DNA from: the human T2T-CHM13v2.0 reference genome, Homo sapiens
Direction: 5' to 3' (one strand)
Assembly: GCF_009914755.1 (NCBI RefSeq)
Contig: NC_060944.1
Length of the DNA stretch: 64,000 bases
Part shown: positions 31,055 through 48,007 of the stretch, in pieces
Numbering within the stretch: position 1 is the stretch's first letter
How the letters are laid out: every line of letters begins with the position of its first letter
Program-made: the position numbers and the translations under genes
The notes under the pieces: model-generated
The model's database searches: none
Told to the model about the DNA's origin: nothing
What the model saw: the letters and a program-made list of their open reading frames with translations, nothing else

Positions 31055-31365
31055 ACAGGGTCTTGCTACTCAAAGTTTGTTGCACAGATAAGCAACACCA
31101 GCATCAGCTTGTTAGGAATCTGGGCAAAGCCCAGACTTTCTGAACCAGAAGCTGAATTTTAATAGTGCTGCCAGCTAATTTGCAGGGATGTTAAAATTTG
31201 AGAAGGGTCAGTCTACAACAATTGTTTCCAAATTTAGCTGAATATGACAATCACCTGAGTTCATTTTAAAACTACATATTCTCAGGGCCTGTTGGAAATT
31301 ATAGTTATGTGGACCCTAACCCTGAGGATACTTTTTTGATGGATTCTGAAAGTTTGAAAACTACA
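31055..31365. mobile_element. MER5A and MER5B-like hAT fossils
   Basis: tgctactcaaagtttg...ccagactttctgaaccagaagctgaattttaa...aaaatttgagaag; caatcacctgag. Confidence 0.55.
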
Positions 31366-31467
31366 AGTAAGAGCTACTTAAGAAACAGTGAGCCGGCTAC
31401 CGTGAAATGTGCAAAAATTTAGCAAAATTAGAAATTGAAGTGATTTTTATTGCTCGGTTAAGACTGT

Positions 31468-31925
31468 TTTTGTGTGTATGTCTGTGTGTCTGCATATATG
31501 CATGTGTGTACATGTATGTGTATATGCATGGATATATATAGCATATACATATATGTGTATGTATATATGTAATATAGGTAAATGTTCAGATATATTTATA
31601 TACAGTACAAACATCAAGCATGAATATGTATTATGTTATATACATGAGCATATGTTTAGCTATTAGTGCTTATGAATAATAACACAACAGCAATATCTAA
31701 TACTTATTGAGAGTCTGCTATGTATATGCCAAGCACTATTTAAAGCCCTTTTACTAACTTATTTCATTACCATGACAGTTAGTAATTATCATTCTAAATA
31801 TATGTATATTTAGATACATATAAACATATATTACATGTTTTATAAAAATACATAATATATCTGTACATATAAATTTATAAGCATATATAATATATACATA
31901 TGTATATATGTTATACATATTTGTT
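31468..31925. repeat. (TG/TA)-rich low-complexity tracts
   Basis: tgtgtgtatgtctgtgtg...atatacatat at 31468-31660 and 31800-31925. Confidence 0.7.
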
Positions 31926-32064
31926 ATACTAGAATCAAGTCCAAATGTTAAGTGATTTTAATTTATGCCAACAGTAGTGGCCCATTCCTGTTTTTATTTC
32001 TGATACTAAAAAAGCGAGTTACAGTTACATTTTTAAATCCTGGCAAAAGGATTTTTATACCTGA

Positions 32065-32631
<567 letters not shown>

Positions 32632-32744
32632 TAATAGTCAGCAATTTAGTTCTTGATTTTCGCGTTCATTGAATGAGAGAAAAATGTCAATACTAGCGAG
32701 AATAATTATTGCAGAATTTGGATGTATACTATAAAACAAGTCCC

Positions 32745-32915
32745 CAACAGTGCTTCTTGCACTTCAGTGTGCACAAGAATCATTTGGGATTCTTGTTTAA
32801 TGCAGATTTTGATTCAGTAGTTCTGGAGTGGGGCCCAAGATCCTCTATTTCTAGTAATTCCCCAGGGGATGCTGTTTACGCTGGTCCAAGGATCAGCATA
32901 CCCTGGGGTGCAAAA
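32745..32915. mobile_element. MER5B-like hAT fossil
   Basis: cagtgcttcttgcacttcagtgtgcacaagaatcatttggg...atgcagattttgattcagtag...gctggtccaagga. Confidence 0.7.
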
Positions 32916-33779
32916 TAATAGAAGACATATGAGGAAAAGAAAGGAGCTTTGGTTCACATCCCAGCTTCTGCATTACTAACTTCACAACCTCTGTTAATTT
33001 CACTCATTGAGTGCATATTTATTGAGCACTTACTATCCAACATGCAATACTCCAGGCCTAGAGATAGAGTAGTGGACAAGATCAATACTATCTTGTTCCT
33101 ATTGGATCTAGTTATCTAATTACCTACACTTTAATAATAGAATCTTTTCTCAAAAGCTTGTTGGCAATGAAATGAGCTTATGTAAATAAACCACCCAGCC
33201 CCAGCACAATGCCTGGCACATAGTAGGTGTTCCATATATTACTTGTTTTGAGGACATAAGCTCAGATACCCTCATATCGTTTCTGTATGCAAGCTCTTCA
33301 GGGCTAGCCTTGATGTTGGCAATATGATAACCAGCTGGAAATCAATGAAGGACAGTAAATCAAGGTTCTTATGAATAATACATTAGGTTAATATTATGCA
33401 GTATAATGGGGAGCTGACTATATATAATTTAAAGAGGCTGAATGACTTTTTGGAGTAAATTCTTGGTCATGAATCAAAAGCCATGATCTCTAATCTTTAG
33501 TTTTTCACTGAAGTTTTTTGAATTTCTAGACAGATCCTCATAATTTACACTCCGCTTCCTATAAAATAAGGGAGTATGGAATCAACTCATGTGGAAATTG
33601 ACTGTTAAAAGACTTAATAATTCAATTCAACAAATATTTATTGAGTGTCTATAATAAAGTATTCACTATTGAGGACAAAACTTGGAAGTAATAAGTGAAT
33701 ATTCAAAGAACTTTGACATTATCAGGAAAACAATTTGCATTTGTTCATCTGTTTTATTCATTTGCTAACTCAATGCATA

Positions 33780-34088
<309 letters not shown>

Positions 34089-34984
34089 TCAATGCATACT
34101 TATTAAGTGCAATCAAGAAGGAACAAAGATGACAGTTCTCGATCTTGAGGGGGCACTAAAAATAGATGCAAGCAAATTGCGCAAAACTGTTATGGGGTGA
34201 AATGGACAGTCATATGAGGAAATGGCAAAACGAGAGTCACAGATAACAAGAATTCCAGAATTTTAAAATTTACAGAGAAAAGAAACATCTGCATATATTT
34301 GAATGTTTAGCAACAGATATTTATATCACTGGAGTGTACTTAAGGCTAATTATTAAGATTTGGTCAGTTTGGATGATGATGGAAAACATTATTGAAGAGA
34401 AAAACAGTAGAACTTGATACTGATTACTTGCTATGCACCAAGGACCATAAGAGCAAGTACATTTTGTCGAGGGAGAATTTCCTATCCAACAGCAAAGGCA
34501 GGTAAATGAATTAAAATAAATTATACTAGATACCCAAGTGGAGCTACGTATGTACAAAGTGATTACAGAGAACAGAGGTGGAAGGATCAGAGCATAGAGG
34601 TGGAAGGATTAAATTCTGTAGAAATGGGTGGTTTTTTTTGAGGGGTGGGAGTTTGATGATTTAGAGAACTCAGACACTTCTTGAGAAGGTTGTGATTTAC
34701 AGTTCAAATAGGAGTTTTCCAGGTGGAAGAGGGGGCACTCCAGACAGAGAAATCAGCATGAGGAGCAACATGGACACGTGAAATATGCACTGTCTTCAGG
34801 AACTGTAGTCTGCTGTTGCTGAAACCTAAAGAGTGAGGCAGGGATTGATGAGGGAAGAAACCAGGGTGATGGCTACAGAGCAGGTTTGAAAGGGCCCAAA
34901 GAGCTTTGTCTCTGAAAGGGAAATGTTGTGGCACGAGGAAATAGGACTAACTGAAGAAAAAGGTTTGCATGAGACAGAACTGTG

Positions 34985-35410
34985 GTTTTCTCTCAGGTCA
35001 AGTTTCCTAGAAGCAGATCCTGAGATGAAGATCCATGAGAAAGTCACTTAGAGGAGCTGTTCCCGGGAGAAACCGGTAAGGAAGTGAGGAAAGCAGAATA
35101 GCAACTGGAGGGGGTCTAATCCCACAGAGGTGGCCTCAGCCTGATCTTGCAAGGGGTTGGGGATTGCGGACTATGCCTCAGAGTCATCCCAGCCTCAGGC
35201 AAAGACTCTGGGCTTCCAGAGTCTTGCACCAGTCAGTCACTGGCTAAAGGCTGCCCCTGGAGAGACAGAAAACATTTCTCATTCTCTGCTTTAGAGGGCC
35301 AAGTGGCTCCAGAAGGCAAGAGCAGTTTTCAGAAAGAGACACAAGGGCGGCCATTTGTAGTTGTAAAAGCACACTGGAGCTGGGAGGGCAGGAGAGATGA
35401 AGAAAAATGC
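34985..35410 (-). mobile_element. ERVL LTR16-like solo LTR
   Basis: ctcaggtcaagtttcctagaagcagatcctgagatgaagat...accagtcagtcactggctaaaggctgcccc. Confidence 0.55.
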
Positions 35411-35760
35411 TAGGGAAAAGTAAGTGGTTAGTATTTTACAAATCTTATCCTAAACTCGAAGGAGAGCAAGCAGCAAGGGTATTTTCCTCTATTTTGCCCA
35501 TTTTCTACATTTTATCCTCATTCCTTTCATTTCATTTAATATCTGTAAGTGTCAATCTAAGATGCACGTTGCAATCTCTTGGGAGAGCTTCGAAACTGTA
35601 CTAATTTCTGTGTCTCATTTCAGACCAATCAAATCAGAATATCTAGAGGTGGGATTCAGGTATTAGTATTCTTTAAGCTTCATACATTATTCCAATGTGG
35701 ATCAAATGGAGTGGGGACAATGGTGCTGTGGATTTTTATTGCTTAGAAATGCTGTGATGT

Positions 35761-36081
<321 letters not shown>

Positions 36082-36467
36082 CTAGATACAACAATCAATG
36101 GAAAAGGACCGACACATCACTCTAACTCCGAGAATGGTTATACCGGCTACAGAATTGCAGTGCCTTTCAAGTAGACTCCCAATATGTTTCCAAATGAAGT
36201 CCCATCTGAGAGCTAGTGTCTCCAAGATACATTTTTATTTTAAGCTGTATCCCTTGATCTGAATAATATATTTTGTACCCATTTAATGGTATATAATAAC
36301 ATATTAAAGAGCTCTTCAAAAGATGAAACAGATTTAAATTACTTTAGATTATTTATATTACTAAAATTAAGTGTTTATGGGCCAGGGAAGTCACTATGTT
36401 CTGTATTTTGTGTTTGGTTATTACCATGGGGAAAATGGCTTTTTATTGTAGAATATATCTTAATAAA

Positions 36468-36715
36468 GTCATATAATGCAGTGATTAGAACCACAAGCTG
36501 TGAGTCAGACATATCCAGGCCCAAGTCTACCGTCTGTAGCCAGAGTCCTTATTCCTTCCTCGGTTCCTTATTCTGTCCTTGGCTGGTTTGCTCTTTTACC
36601 AAAAGGAAATAGAAATTTCTACCTCATAGAATTGCTGGGAGGATTAAATGTGATAAGTAGATTAATAGGGCATTTGACATACAGTGAATGCTCAATGAAT
36701 GGCTGCTATTATTGT
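36468..36715 (+). mobile_element. MIR SINE
   Basis: catataatgcagtgattagaacc...tctacctcatagaattgctgggaggattaaatg...gctcaatgaatggctgctatt. Confidence 0.65.
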
Positions 36716-37899
36716 TGTTTTAATTTAATTAATTTTCCCACTGTAGTTCATGTAAATAAACAAATAAACATCCTTTAAAGAGTAGTGGAAGTTTTTTTTT
36801 TTTTTCCCTCAAGGGGAAAAAAGGCACAGAGTCCTTCCTTCTGAATGCCTGAAAGCCCTCTTAGTTGTACCTCTGAATTTGAAGCCCCTGGATGCATCTT
36901 TTAAGCAAAGGACATATGCGAGTTTTGTGTATGCACCAAAAACTCATATCCATGAATTTCTTATGTCGACTGCAATCTGCAAATGACAATCTGTTTCTGG
37001 GACTCCAGATTGTGTTCAACATTGATCGATAATTATCACATTTCAGAGTTGGGTGCTCAGTGTCAAGTTGCTAAAAGTCTGACAGACATATTTCATGCCA
37101 GGCTCATTTGTCATCTCTGATAAGTAGAAAGTACAGAGTTTTCCCAAAGTAGTCAGCGCCACACTCTGCTCTGCAAGATCCCTTCACTCTGATGTATGCT
37201 CCAAGATTAATTTTCCATCCCAAGTGCTCTTGGATACAGCCACAAGCCTGATTCTCTTCTCATTAATATTTGGTGGCATACATGCTGCCAGCTTCGTGGT
37301 GAATAAGTGGTGATGATTATTCTGGGTCAGGTGTGGACTTCAGTAGCTGCTGTGTCTAAATAGGAAGGTCCGTGTTTGGGAAAGAAACATGCTCATTGGG
37401 CAAGAATGAGATAATATAGTAATAAGTTCTGCATTAATTTTGAAAATCATAAAATATCCAGTATAATTTGAAGGTCAGGGACTGTGTGTTACTAGAATTT
37501 TTTATACATGATTTGCTTTTCTCTCAGCATCCTTAAATATACACTATCAGTTCCATTTCACAGATTAGTAAACTGAGGATAAAAAGGTATCTTCCTTAAA
37601 TTCACCTGAATAATAATAAGTGGTGGAGTCAGGATTTCAATGCACATTTCTCCAAATCTATAGCTAGATTCAGATTTTCCACTGAACCATGCTGTACCTC
37701 ATGTCTTCAATGTCTCTTTCTGTGAAAAATCTTTTATTCAATCAAATACGAGCTTGTTTTTACCCTATCATCTCTTCCTATGTAATTTCCCAGAGAAAAA
37801 CTTTTAAAAAAGTCTGTAGTTAGCACCTTCACTTCTAACTTCCACCCAAAGAGTATAACTTTCTGACCTTGATTGGTAATTTGATTGGTTATAAAATTC

Positions 37900-38535
37900 T
37901 ATAATCAATTTGCCTAATTATAGAATTCTGAGTTCAATATCTTTTCCCCTCAGAACACTGAGGATTGGACTCAGCCTTGAGATGTAGAATGTTTTTTTGT
38001 TTTTTTCTTTTGTTTGCGATTTTGTTTGGTGGTGTTTTGTCTTTCCAGTAAATATTTCATAATCATCTTCTTCATTACCATTCTGAGTGTATTATATATT
38101 TCTTTCTACTTGATACTTTAAATTGTCCTTTCAGGCTGAGGGCTTATACCACATTTTTCTTCATCTAAGGATTTTACTCTATTATTCTTTGATTATATTC
38201 TATCCCTCATTATTTCAGTTCTCTACCTTTTCTAACTCTTATTAGTTGAATTCTGGGCCTCTTCGATCTTTTTCTTCATGTTTTAAGCTTTTCTCTTTTA
38301 TTTTGATCTTTTTTCCTCTTAGTTCTCTCATGTAGAAAACTTGTTCAACTTTATCTAGCTTTTTCTAGCTCATTAATATGGCTCTGAACTCTACTCTTCT
38401 TTATTTCTCAGTCTCAGAATTGTTTATTTCCATGTCATATTTTTAATTCAAAATCTCTTATCTTAAAAAAATGTTGTGATTGCTCTTTTTATGTAGCAGC
38501 ACATTCTTTATTGATGGATGCAATATTTCTTCTGA
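37900..38535 (-). mobile_element. Ancient L1M ORF1-region fragment
   Basis: ttttcccctcagaacactgagg and ttgatggatgcaatatttcttct; highly degenerate. Confidence 0.45.
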
Positions 38536-38971
38536 GATAAATGGATGAAAGTTACTCATGGGCAGAGCATCCATCTTATGCTTTTCCTTCGTACCCAGCC
38601 CTTGAGCCTCTCTACCACTTCTCTCTCAGGCTCCAACACTCTCATCAGGAGGATTTCCCAAAGCAGTTCACCACTCAGAAAGCAGTCTACGTAAGGCCAG
38701 ATCTGCTGCTCTCCATAGGAGGGAGCCCCATCTTCCCTGGGTGTTCTGAATGCTGTACCTCAATGAATTAACTGGTAATTAATTATGCCAGTTGCCATAG
38801 GGCTACTGATAAGAGCCTTTAATTTAATTGGAGAGTTGTAGGTTGAGTAAGTCTTTTTGGAGGAAATGTACTTAAGCTGAGGTTGGAAGAATGTGGAAGA
38901 TAGAAATCAGTTTTCAAGATCTGCACATTCTTCCTTTCATCTCTCCCATCTGCAATCTCATTCTATGCCTC

Positions 38972-39488
38972 TGTGAGGCAGAGGCTGCTAGTTGCCTACC
39001 TAATGCCCATGACCACTCCATTCCTTTATTAGCAGAATCCTGATTTTTGTTCAGGGAAAATAATGTGCCAGCCAGATAATTTTCTTTGCTTTCTATCCAA
39101 CCACTTTTAGAGCTAGAGAGAGGAGATCCAGTAGCACGGTTTTGGTTATTGAGATACAGGTAGAAATCCCTGGCAAAGACAGTCCTTCCTAAATAAAAAC
39201 AAAAAGCCTGTCTAGGAGAAAACACTTTATTTGCCTTGTTAATGTCTGGTACAAGGATGCAATACCTAGAGTTACAGCACACATTCTGAAACCATGAGGA
39301 ACCATAAGCCACATGCCATACAGACCTGAAATGGAGATGAAGCCTCAATTTTTAGTCACAATCTTGAGCAACTGCACTGGCCATGGAAATGTTCCTCCAG
39401 AACTTTTAAGGAAGAAAAATAAACTCGTGTAATTGAGTCATTTTTGGATTTACTGTCATTTCTAGATCAACATTATCCTAAAGAAACA
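38972..39488 (+). mobile_element. MLT1J-like MaLR solo LTR
   Basis: tgtgaggcagaggctgctagttgcctacc...cagaatcctgatttttgttcaggg...aaataaactc...cattatcctaaagaaaca. Confidence 0.7.
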
Positions 39489-39513
39489 TGCTAGCTCTTA
39501 GAAGCTACTAGAT

Positions 39514-39706
39514 GAGTGGTTCTCCAGGTGGCGGCCCCCAGACTAGCAGTATCAGCACCTCCTGGAAACTTACAGAAATGCAGATTGTCACGCTTTTATC
39601 CCAGACCTACTGAATCTCGTACTGTGGAGAAGGGATCTAAGCAATCTGTGTTATGACAAATGTCTCAGGTGATTCTGATCCACACACTAAAGCTTGAGAG
39701 TCACTG
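39514..39706. mobile_element. MER5A
   Basis: agtggttctcca...agaaatgcagatt...ccagacctactgaatc...aaagcttgagagtcactg terminal inverted repeats. Confidence 0.85.
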
Positions 39707-40080
39707 TAATAGAGTCATGATTCAATGGGCTACTTTAAATTTAGGCTTTCTTTCCTTGATATTTTTTAGTACATTGCAAAATAAATATCCTTCTAATGAA
39801 GTTACATATAATATATTGTCTCTTTTCTGTTAAAACAACCATCGTGACTCCCCATCACCTACAAGACTGAGTAAAATCATCTGAGTTAATTCTTTAAAGC
39901 TGTTGAAAATACTGTCTTAGTTATATTCTTCATTTAAACTTTTCTTGTATGGTCAATATATATATTTTTCAAATCACATGGGTCAGGCAAAAGTACTAAC
40001 TTTCTGTGGACTGAATACATTTCTCAACTCACTAACCCACCCCGGGATCTGTATGTCACATCTTTGTCCTCATCTCCTTA

Positions 40081-40508
40081 TTTTTTTTTTTAATTTTTGA
40101 GGTTTCAATATTTTATTCAAGTTATTTTTAAGTGACGTTAATTACAGCATTTGAAGGGGAGGATCTGATTGCACACAAAATGGAGGACTCTAAAATGTAC
40201 CCATTAAACTGCTAAAAAACAAATTGAGTGGTGAGAATACAACAGAAATCCAATTTAGATTCTGAGTGTTGTCACCATGTGATCACAATCACACAGGCTC
40301 TTTCAAGCTTATAGCGGGAGCTCCTGGAAGCTATTTCATACTCGGGTGCAAGGGCAAAAAAACACAACACAAGAAGGTATAAGTCCTTATTGGCTTCATC
40401 ACGTCCACCCTCTCCACCCCAAAATGGCGCAAAAGAAACAGTGACCACACCCTGCAGACCTTTTGGTGTAAAAGAGGTGACAATGAACTAGGGTGGGAAC
40501 AGGTCATG
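40081..40508 (-). pseudogene. Processed retrocopy fragment, mRNA 3' UTR only; parent tentatively EIF4B from memory
   Basis: Poly(T) 40081-40098; AATAAA on - (tttatt 40112-40117) 13 nt from the tail; ~410 bp non-TE sequence ending cttgaataaaatattgaaacctc; sits in L2-like sequence. Confidence 0.7.
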
Positions 40509-41259
40509 TTTATCTTTATCCTTGGAAACTCTGGACGTCATTCACCATACATGGTATATACGACCACCTTCTTGAAGCCCGGAGGAGGTTCTCTTTCTCT
40601 GGATCATATGAACCCTCATTTGTCCCTTTTGATCATACTTTGAATTGTTGTCATGGTATTCAGGTGTTGATTTATGGAACTGAACAATATACCTCAATAA
40701 TTATGTATACAAAGAATGCAACATATAATTAAAATTGAACAAAGTTAATTTTATGCATAAATGCATTTTTCAAAAATATGTGTAAATGTTGAATCTAATT
40801 ATTATATTATGAATGCTGAGGTGCTATGAATTAACTTTTTTATCATGCCATCGGGGACGCTGACACTGAAAGACAGGAATAAGTACTTCCATTATCAACA
40901 AATGATTTTAAATTTAAAGGTGATAAGATATTTCTTTAAAAATAAAAAGCAAACTTCACAATTACAGCACAATAAGTATCTTAAATTAGGCAGAAAACAC
41001 GCTTTTTTTCTTAAAGAAATATGTTAAGATATGAAATTGCATGTATCTGTCATACTTTGTCTTTTAAAAAACAAGTCTCAGAGGTAACTATGGAGAGCTA
41101 TTCAGTTTATTTCAATAACTCCTGGTTAGGAGACTCACCCTTTATTTACATAACTTAACTCACAATTTTTACATTCTTTGAAAAATTACCATGCAGTGAG
41201 TTTTTTTTCTTTTTTTAAGAGGGGTAAGAAGCTATATTTAATTATATGACAAGGCTGGC

Positions 41260-43489
<2,230 letters not shown>

Positions 43490-44030
43490 TTAGAAAAACA
43501 TGATATACACCCAAGGGATCACAAAAATGTTGATATATTTAATATATTTTTCCAACTATTTAATACTGCATATACATAAAAATGCATACACATAAAACTG
43601 GTAAAACTGAAAACTCACCCCATATGTTCTTAATATCTATCAGTTCCTATGCCATTCTTTCATTGCATTTATATGTAGACATATACATATTTTTTCTTAC
43701 CTACCTCATATGATATGCTACTTTATATCATGTTCATATACATGCTGCTTTAACCTTTTTAATTGTATCAAATATAGAATTTTACCCTATTTAAAAATGT
43801 ATTATAAAAATACAGCATAATTTATTTAATTAGTCCTTTATTATTACAGATTTGTATTATTTCCAGAGTGTATTACCAGCCAGATTATAAACCAGAGTGT
43901 ACTATTTGTTCTTGAAAGAAAATTATCACATACAAACATGACTGTTTTTTCTTTAGGATACTGTACCAACAGTAATTGTTGGCTCTATGTTTTTAAAGTC
44001 TTTTCGTATGTAGTTCTTAGCTTTCCAAGC

Positions 44031-44383
44031 TTTTCTTTTTCTTTTTCTTTTTCTTTTTTTTGTGTGTGTGACAGAGTCTCACTCTGTCACCTAGACTGCC
44101 ATGCAGGTGTGTGATCTCGGTTCACTGCAACCTCCGCTTCCTGGGTTCAAGCAATTCTCCCACCTCAGCCTCTTGAGTAGCTGTGATTACAGGTGCCTGC
44201 CACTATGCCTGGCTAGTTTTCCTTTTTCTTTTTTCTTTTCTTTTCCTTTTTTTTTTTTTTTTTTTTTTTGTAGAGAAGTTTAGCTACATTGCCAGACTGG
44301 TCTCGAACTCCCGACCTCAATTGATCCACCCACCTCTGCCTCTCAAAGTGTTGGGATTACAAGGTGAGCCACCACACTTGGCC
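44031..44383 (-). mobile_element. Alu (J/S) with expanded T-rich linker
   Basis: Dimer with ~50-nt pyrimidine linker 44217-44269; imperfect TSD ccaagcttttctt/cctatcttttctt. Confidence 0.9.
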
Positions 44384-44618
44384 CCTATCTTTTCTTACAG
44401 TCATTATATTCTTATATATGTACCTGCATTTTTGCCCCGACATTTAGAGAAGTGTTTTATTGGATTTCAAAAATGTAAGAGTTTTATTTTGTTACTGATT
44501 TCTAGTTAAAATTATTTGTTACTGTGGCCAGGAAATTTTTACCTTCTGAATTTAATTGATTTTTTTTCATAAATAACAAAATAGGTATTAAATTTGGACA
44601 TTAAAAAAATCAAGTTGG

Positions 44619-44952
<334 letters not shown>

Positions 44953-45196
44953 TCATGTATTCTTTCATTTGTTTATGAATAAGTCATACATGGTTCCTGT
45001 TGCCTTTAGATAGATTTGGGCTATTCCTACATAAAAACTCATGACATTTACATGTCTGACCTTTTACTGAAGTAATTTAGTTATGTTAATTCAGCTTGTT
45101 CAATTAGCTTGTATTCCACGTATTTTAACAAGGAATCATAATTCTTTTGAGTTTTAAATTATGATTTGTTTATTTTTGTATATGCTTTTTACTTTT

Positions 45197-46777
45197 TAAT
45201 TTATAGATTCAATGCTATCCCCATCAAGCTACACTTGACTTTCTTCACAAAATTAGGATAAACTACTTTAAACTTGAAATGAAATTAAAAAAAGAGCTTG
45301 TATAGCCAAGACGATCCTAAGCGAAAAGAACAAAGCTGGAGGCATCACGCTACCTGACTTCAAACTATACTACAAGGCTACAGTAGCCAAAACAGCATGG
45401 TACTTGTACCAAAACAGATATATAGACCAATGGAACAGAACAGAGACCTCAGAAATAATGCCACACATCTACAACCATCTGATCTTTTGCAAACCTGACA
45501 AAAACAAGCAATGGAGAAATGATTCCCTATTTAATAAATGGTATTGGGAAAACCAGTTAGCCATATGCAGAAAGCTGAAACTAGACCCCTTCTTTACACC
45601 TTATACAAAAATTAACTCAAGATGGATTAAAGACTTAAACGTGAGACCTAAAAACTTAAAAACCCTAGAAGAAAACCTAGGAAATACCATTCAGGATATA
45701 GGCATGGGCAAAGACTTCATGACTAAAACACCAAAAGCAATGGCAACAAAAGCCAAAATTGACAAATGGGGTCTAATTTAAACTAAAGAGCTTCTGCACT
45801 GCAAAAGAAACTACCATAAACAGGCAACCTACAGAATGGGAGAAAATTTTCGCAATCTATCCATCTGACACAGGGCTAATATCTACAATCTATAAGGAAC
45901 TTAAATAAATTTACAAGAAAAAAAAACCCATCAAAAACTGAGCGAAGGATATGAACAGACACTTCTGATAAGAAGATACTTATGCGGCCAACAAACATAT
46001 GAAAAAAAGCTCATCATCACTGGTCATTAGAGAAATGCAAATCAAAACCACAATGAGATACCATCTCTCGCCAGTTAGAATGGTGATCATTAAAAAGTCA
46101 GGAAACAGCAGATGATGCAGAGGATGTGGAGAAATAAGAACGCTTTTACACTGTTGGTGGGAGTGTAAATTAGTTCAACCATTGTGGAAGACAGCATGGT
46201 GATTCCTCGAGGATCTAGAATCAGAAATACCATTTGACCCAGGAATCCCATTACTGGGTATATACCCAAAGGATTATAAATCATTCTACTATAAAGACAC
46301 ATGCACATGTATGTTTATTGAAGTACTATTCACAATAGCAAAGACTTGGAACCAACCCAAATGCCTATCAATGATAGACTGGATAAAGAAAATGTGGCAC
46401 ATATACACCATGGAATACGTGCAGCTATACATAAAAAAAGCTGAGTTCATGTCCTTTGCAGGGACATGGATGAAGCTGGAAACCATCATTCTCAGAAAAC
46501 TAACACAAGAACAGAAAACCAAACACTGCATGTTCTCACTCATAAGTGGGAGTTGAACAATGAGAACACATGGACACAGAGAGGGAAACATCACACATCA
46601 GGGTCTGCCAGGGGTGGGGGGCTAGGGGAGGGATAGCATTAGGAGAAATACCTAATATAGATGACGGGTTGATGGGTGCAGCAAACCACCATGGCACGTG
46701 TATACCTATGTAACTAACCTGCATGTTCTGCACATGTATCCCAGAACTTAAAGTATAATAATAAAAAAAGAAAAAAA
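45197..46777 (+). mobile_element. 5'-truncated L1PA7-like
   Basis: ORF2 3' portion plus 3' UTR gctaggggagggatagcattaggagaaatacc...atcccagaacttaaagta and A tail. Confidence 0.92.
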
Positions 46778-47041
46778 TATTTCACCATTTTTCAATTTGT
46801 GTTAAAGATGTAAGCCTGCTAATGTTAAAGTAGTTGTGATACAAAACATTTTATCCATTCTCACAACAATTCAAAGATCTAAGACCTTAAATTGGTAGTA
46901 ATTTTTGGATCAGCACCATATATAAGCTATTATGTTATTTGTAAAATACATTTCTGTCACCTTATAACTTTCATAATTCTGTCAAGGATCCACGGTATCG
47001 TCACTGTGAGAATAGATTATTAGATGCAAAATGCATCGTAA

Positions 47042-47500
<459 letters not shown>

Positions 47501-48007
47501 TGAAAACACTGATTTGAGAGTTCTGACAGTAGAGGGTAAATACATTGAGATACATTAACTGGAGAGGTAATTTTAGATATTAAATTAATGAGGAAATGGA
47601 AAAATTTAAATAAAGTCTTACTTTGCACAATAGGTAGTAAGTTTATGGAACTCATTGCCCTGAGTTATAATTAATAGGTTAAAGAACACTTAGATAAATA
47701 CAAAGACTTTTGTTGATGCATAGCTAATATTAGAATTTGAAATGAAAGGACATACTCTCAAATAACTAGTGCTTCACAAAAGCTGAACAGAAGCTGCAGC
47801 TGGGGTAGTGAGGATCTTCTGCTTGGAAGTGCCCGAGCACAGACTAGGTTTCACTGTTGGGGATGGTGTAAAGAAGTTTCCAGTACTGGGTGATTTTTCA
47901 ACTGCCTCCAAGTGTTCGAGTCTATGATTAGTGACCATTCTGTATGTTCATGGTTTCCTTGCTAAAGAGATGTAAGTGAGCTGGAAAAATATAACTATAA
48001 AACTTTC

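Noticed and set aside
34566-34609. 22-bp tandem duplication (also a 16-bp duplication at 63585-63623)
   Set aside because: Ordinary two-copy slippage duplications; not CRISPR-like arrays.
36914-36949. Small imperfect hairpin atatgcgagtttt...aaaactcatat
   Set aside because: Too short for a pre-miRNA and plausible by chance in AT-rich DNA.
40493-40732. 79-aa ORF beside the retrocopy as its CDS
   Set aside because: It is on the opposite strand and mostly in L2-like host sequence.
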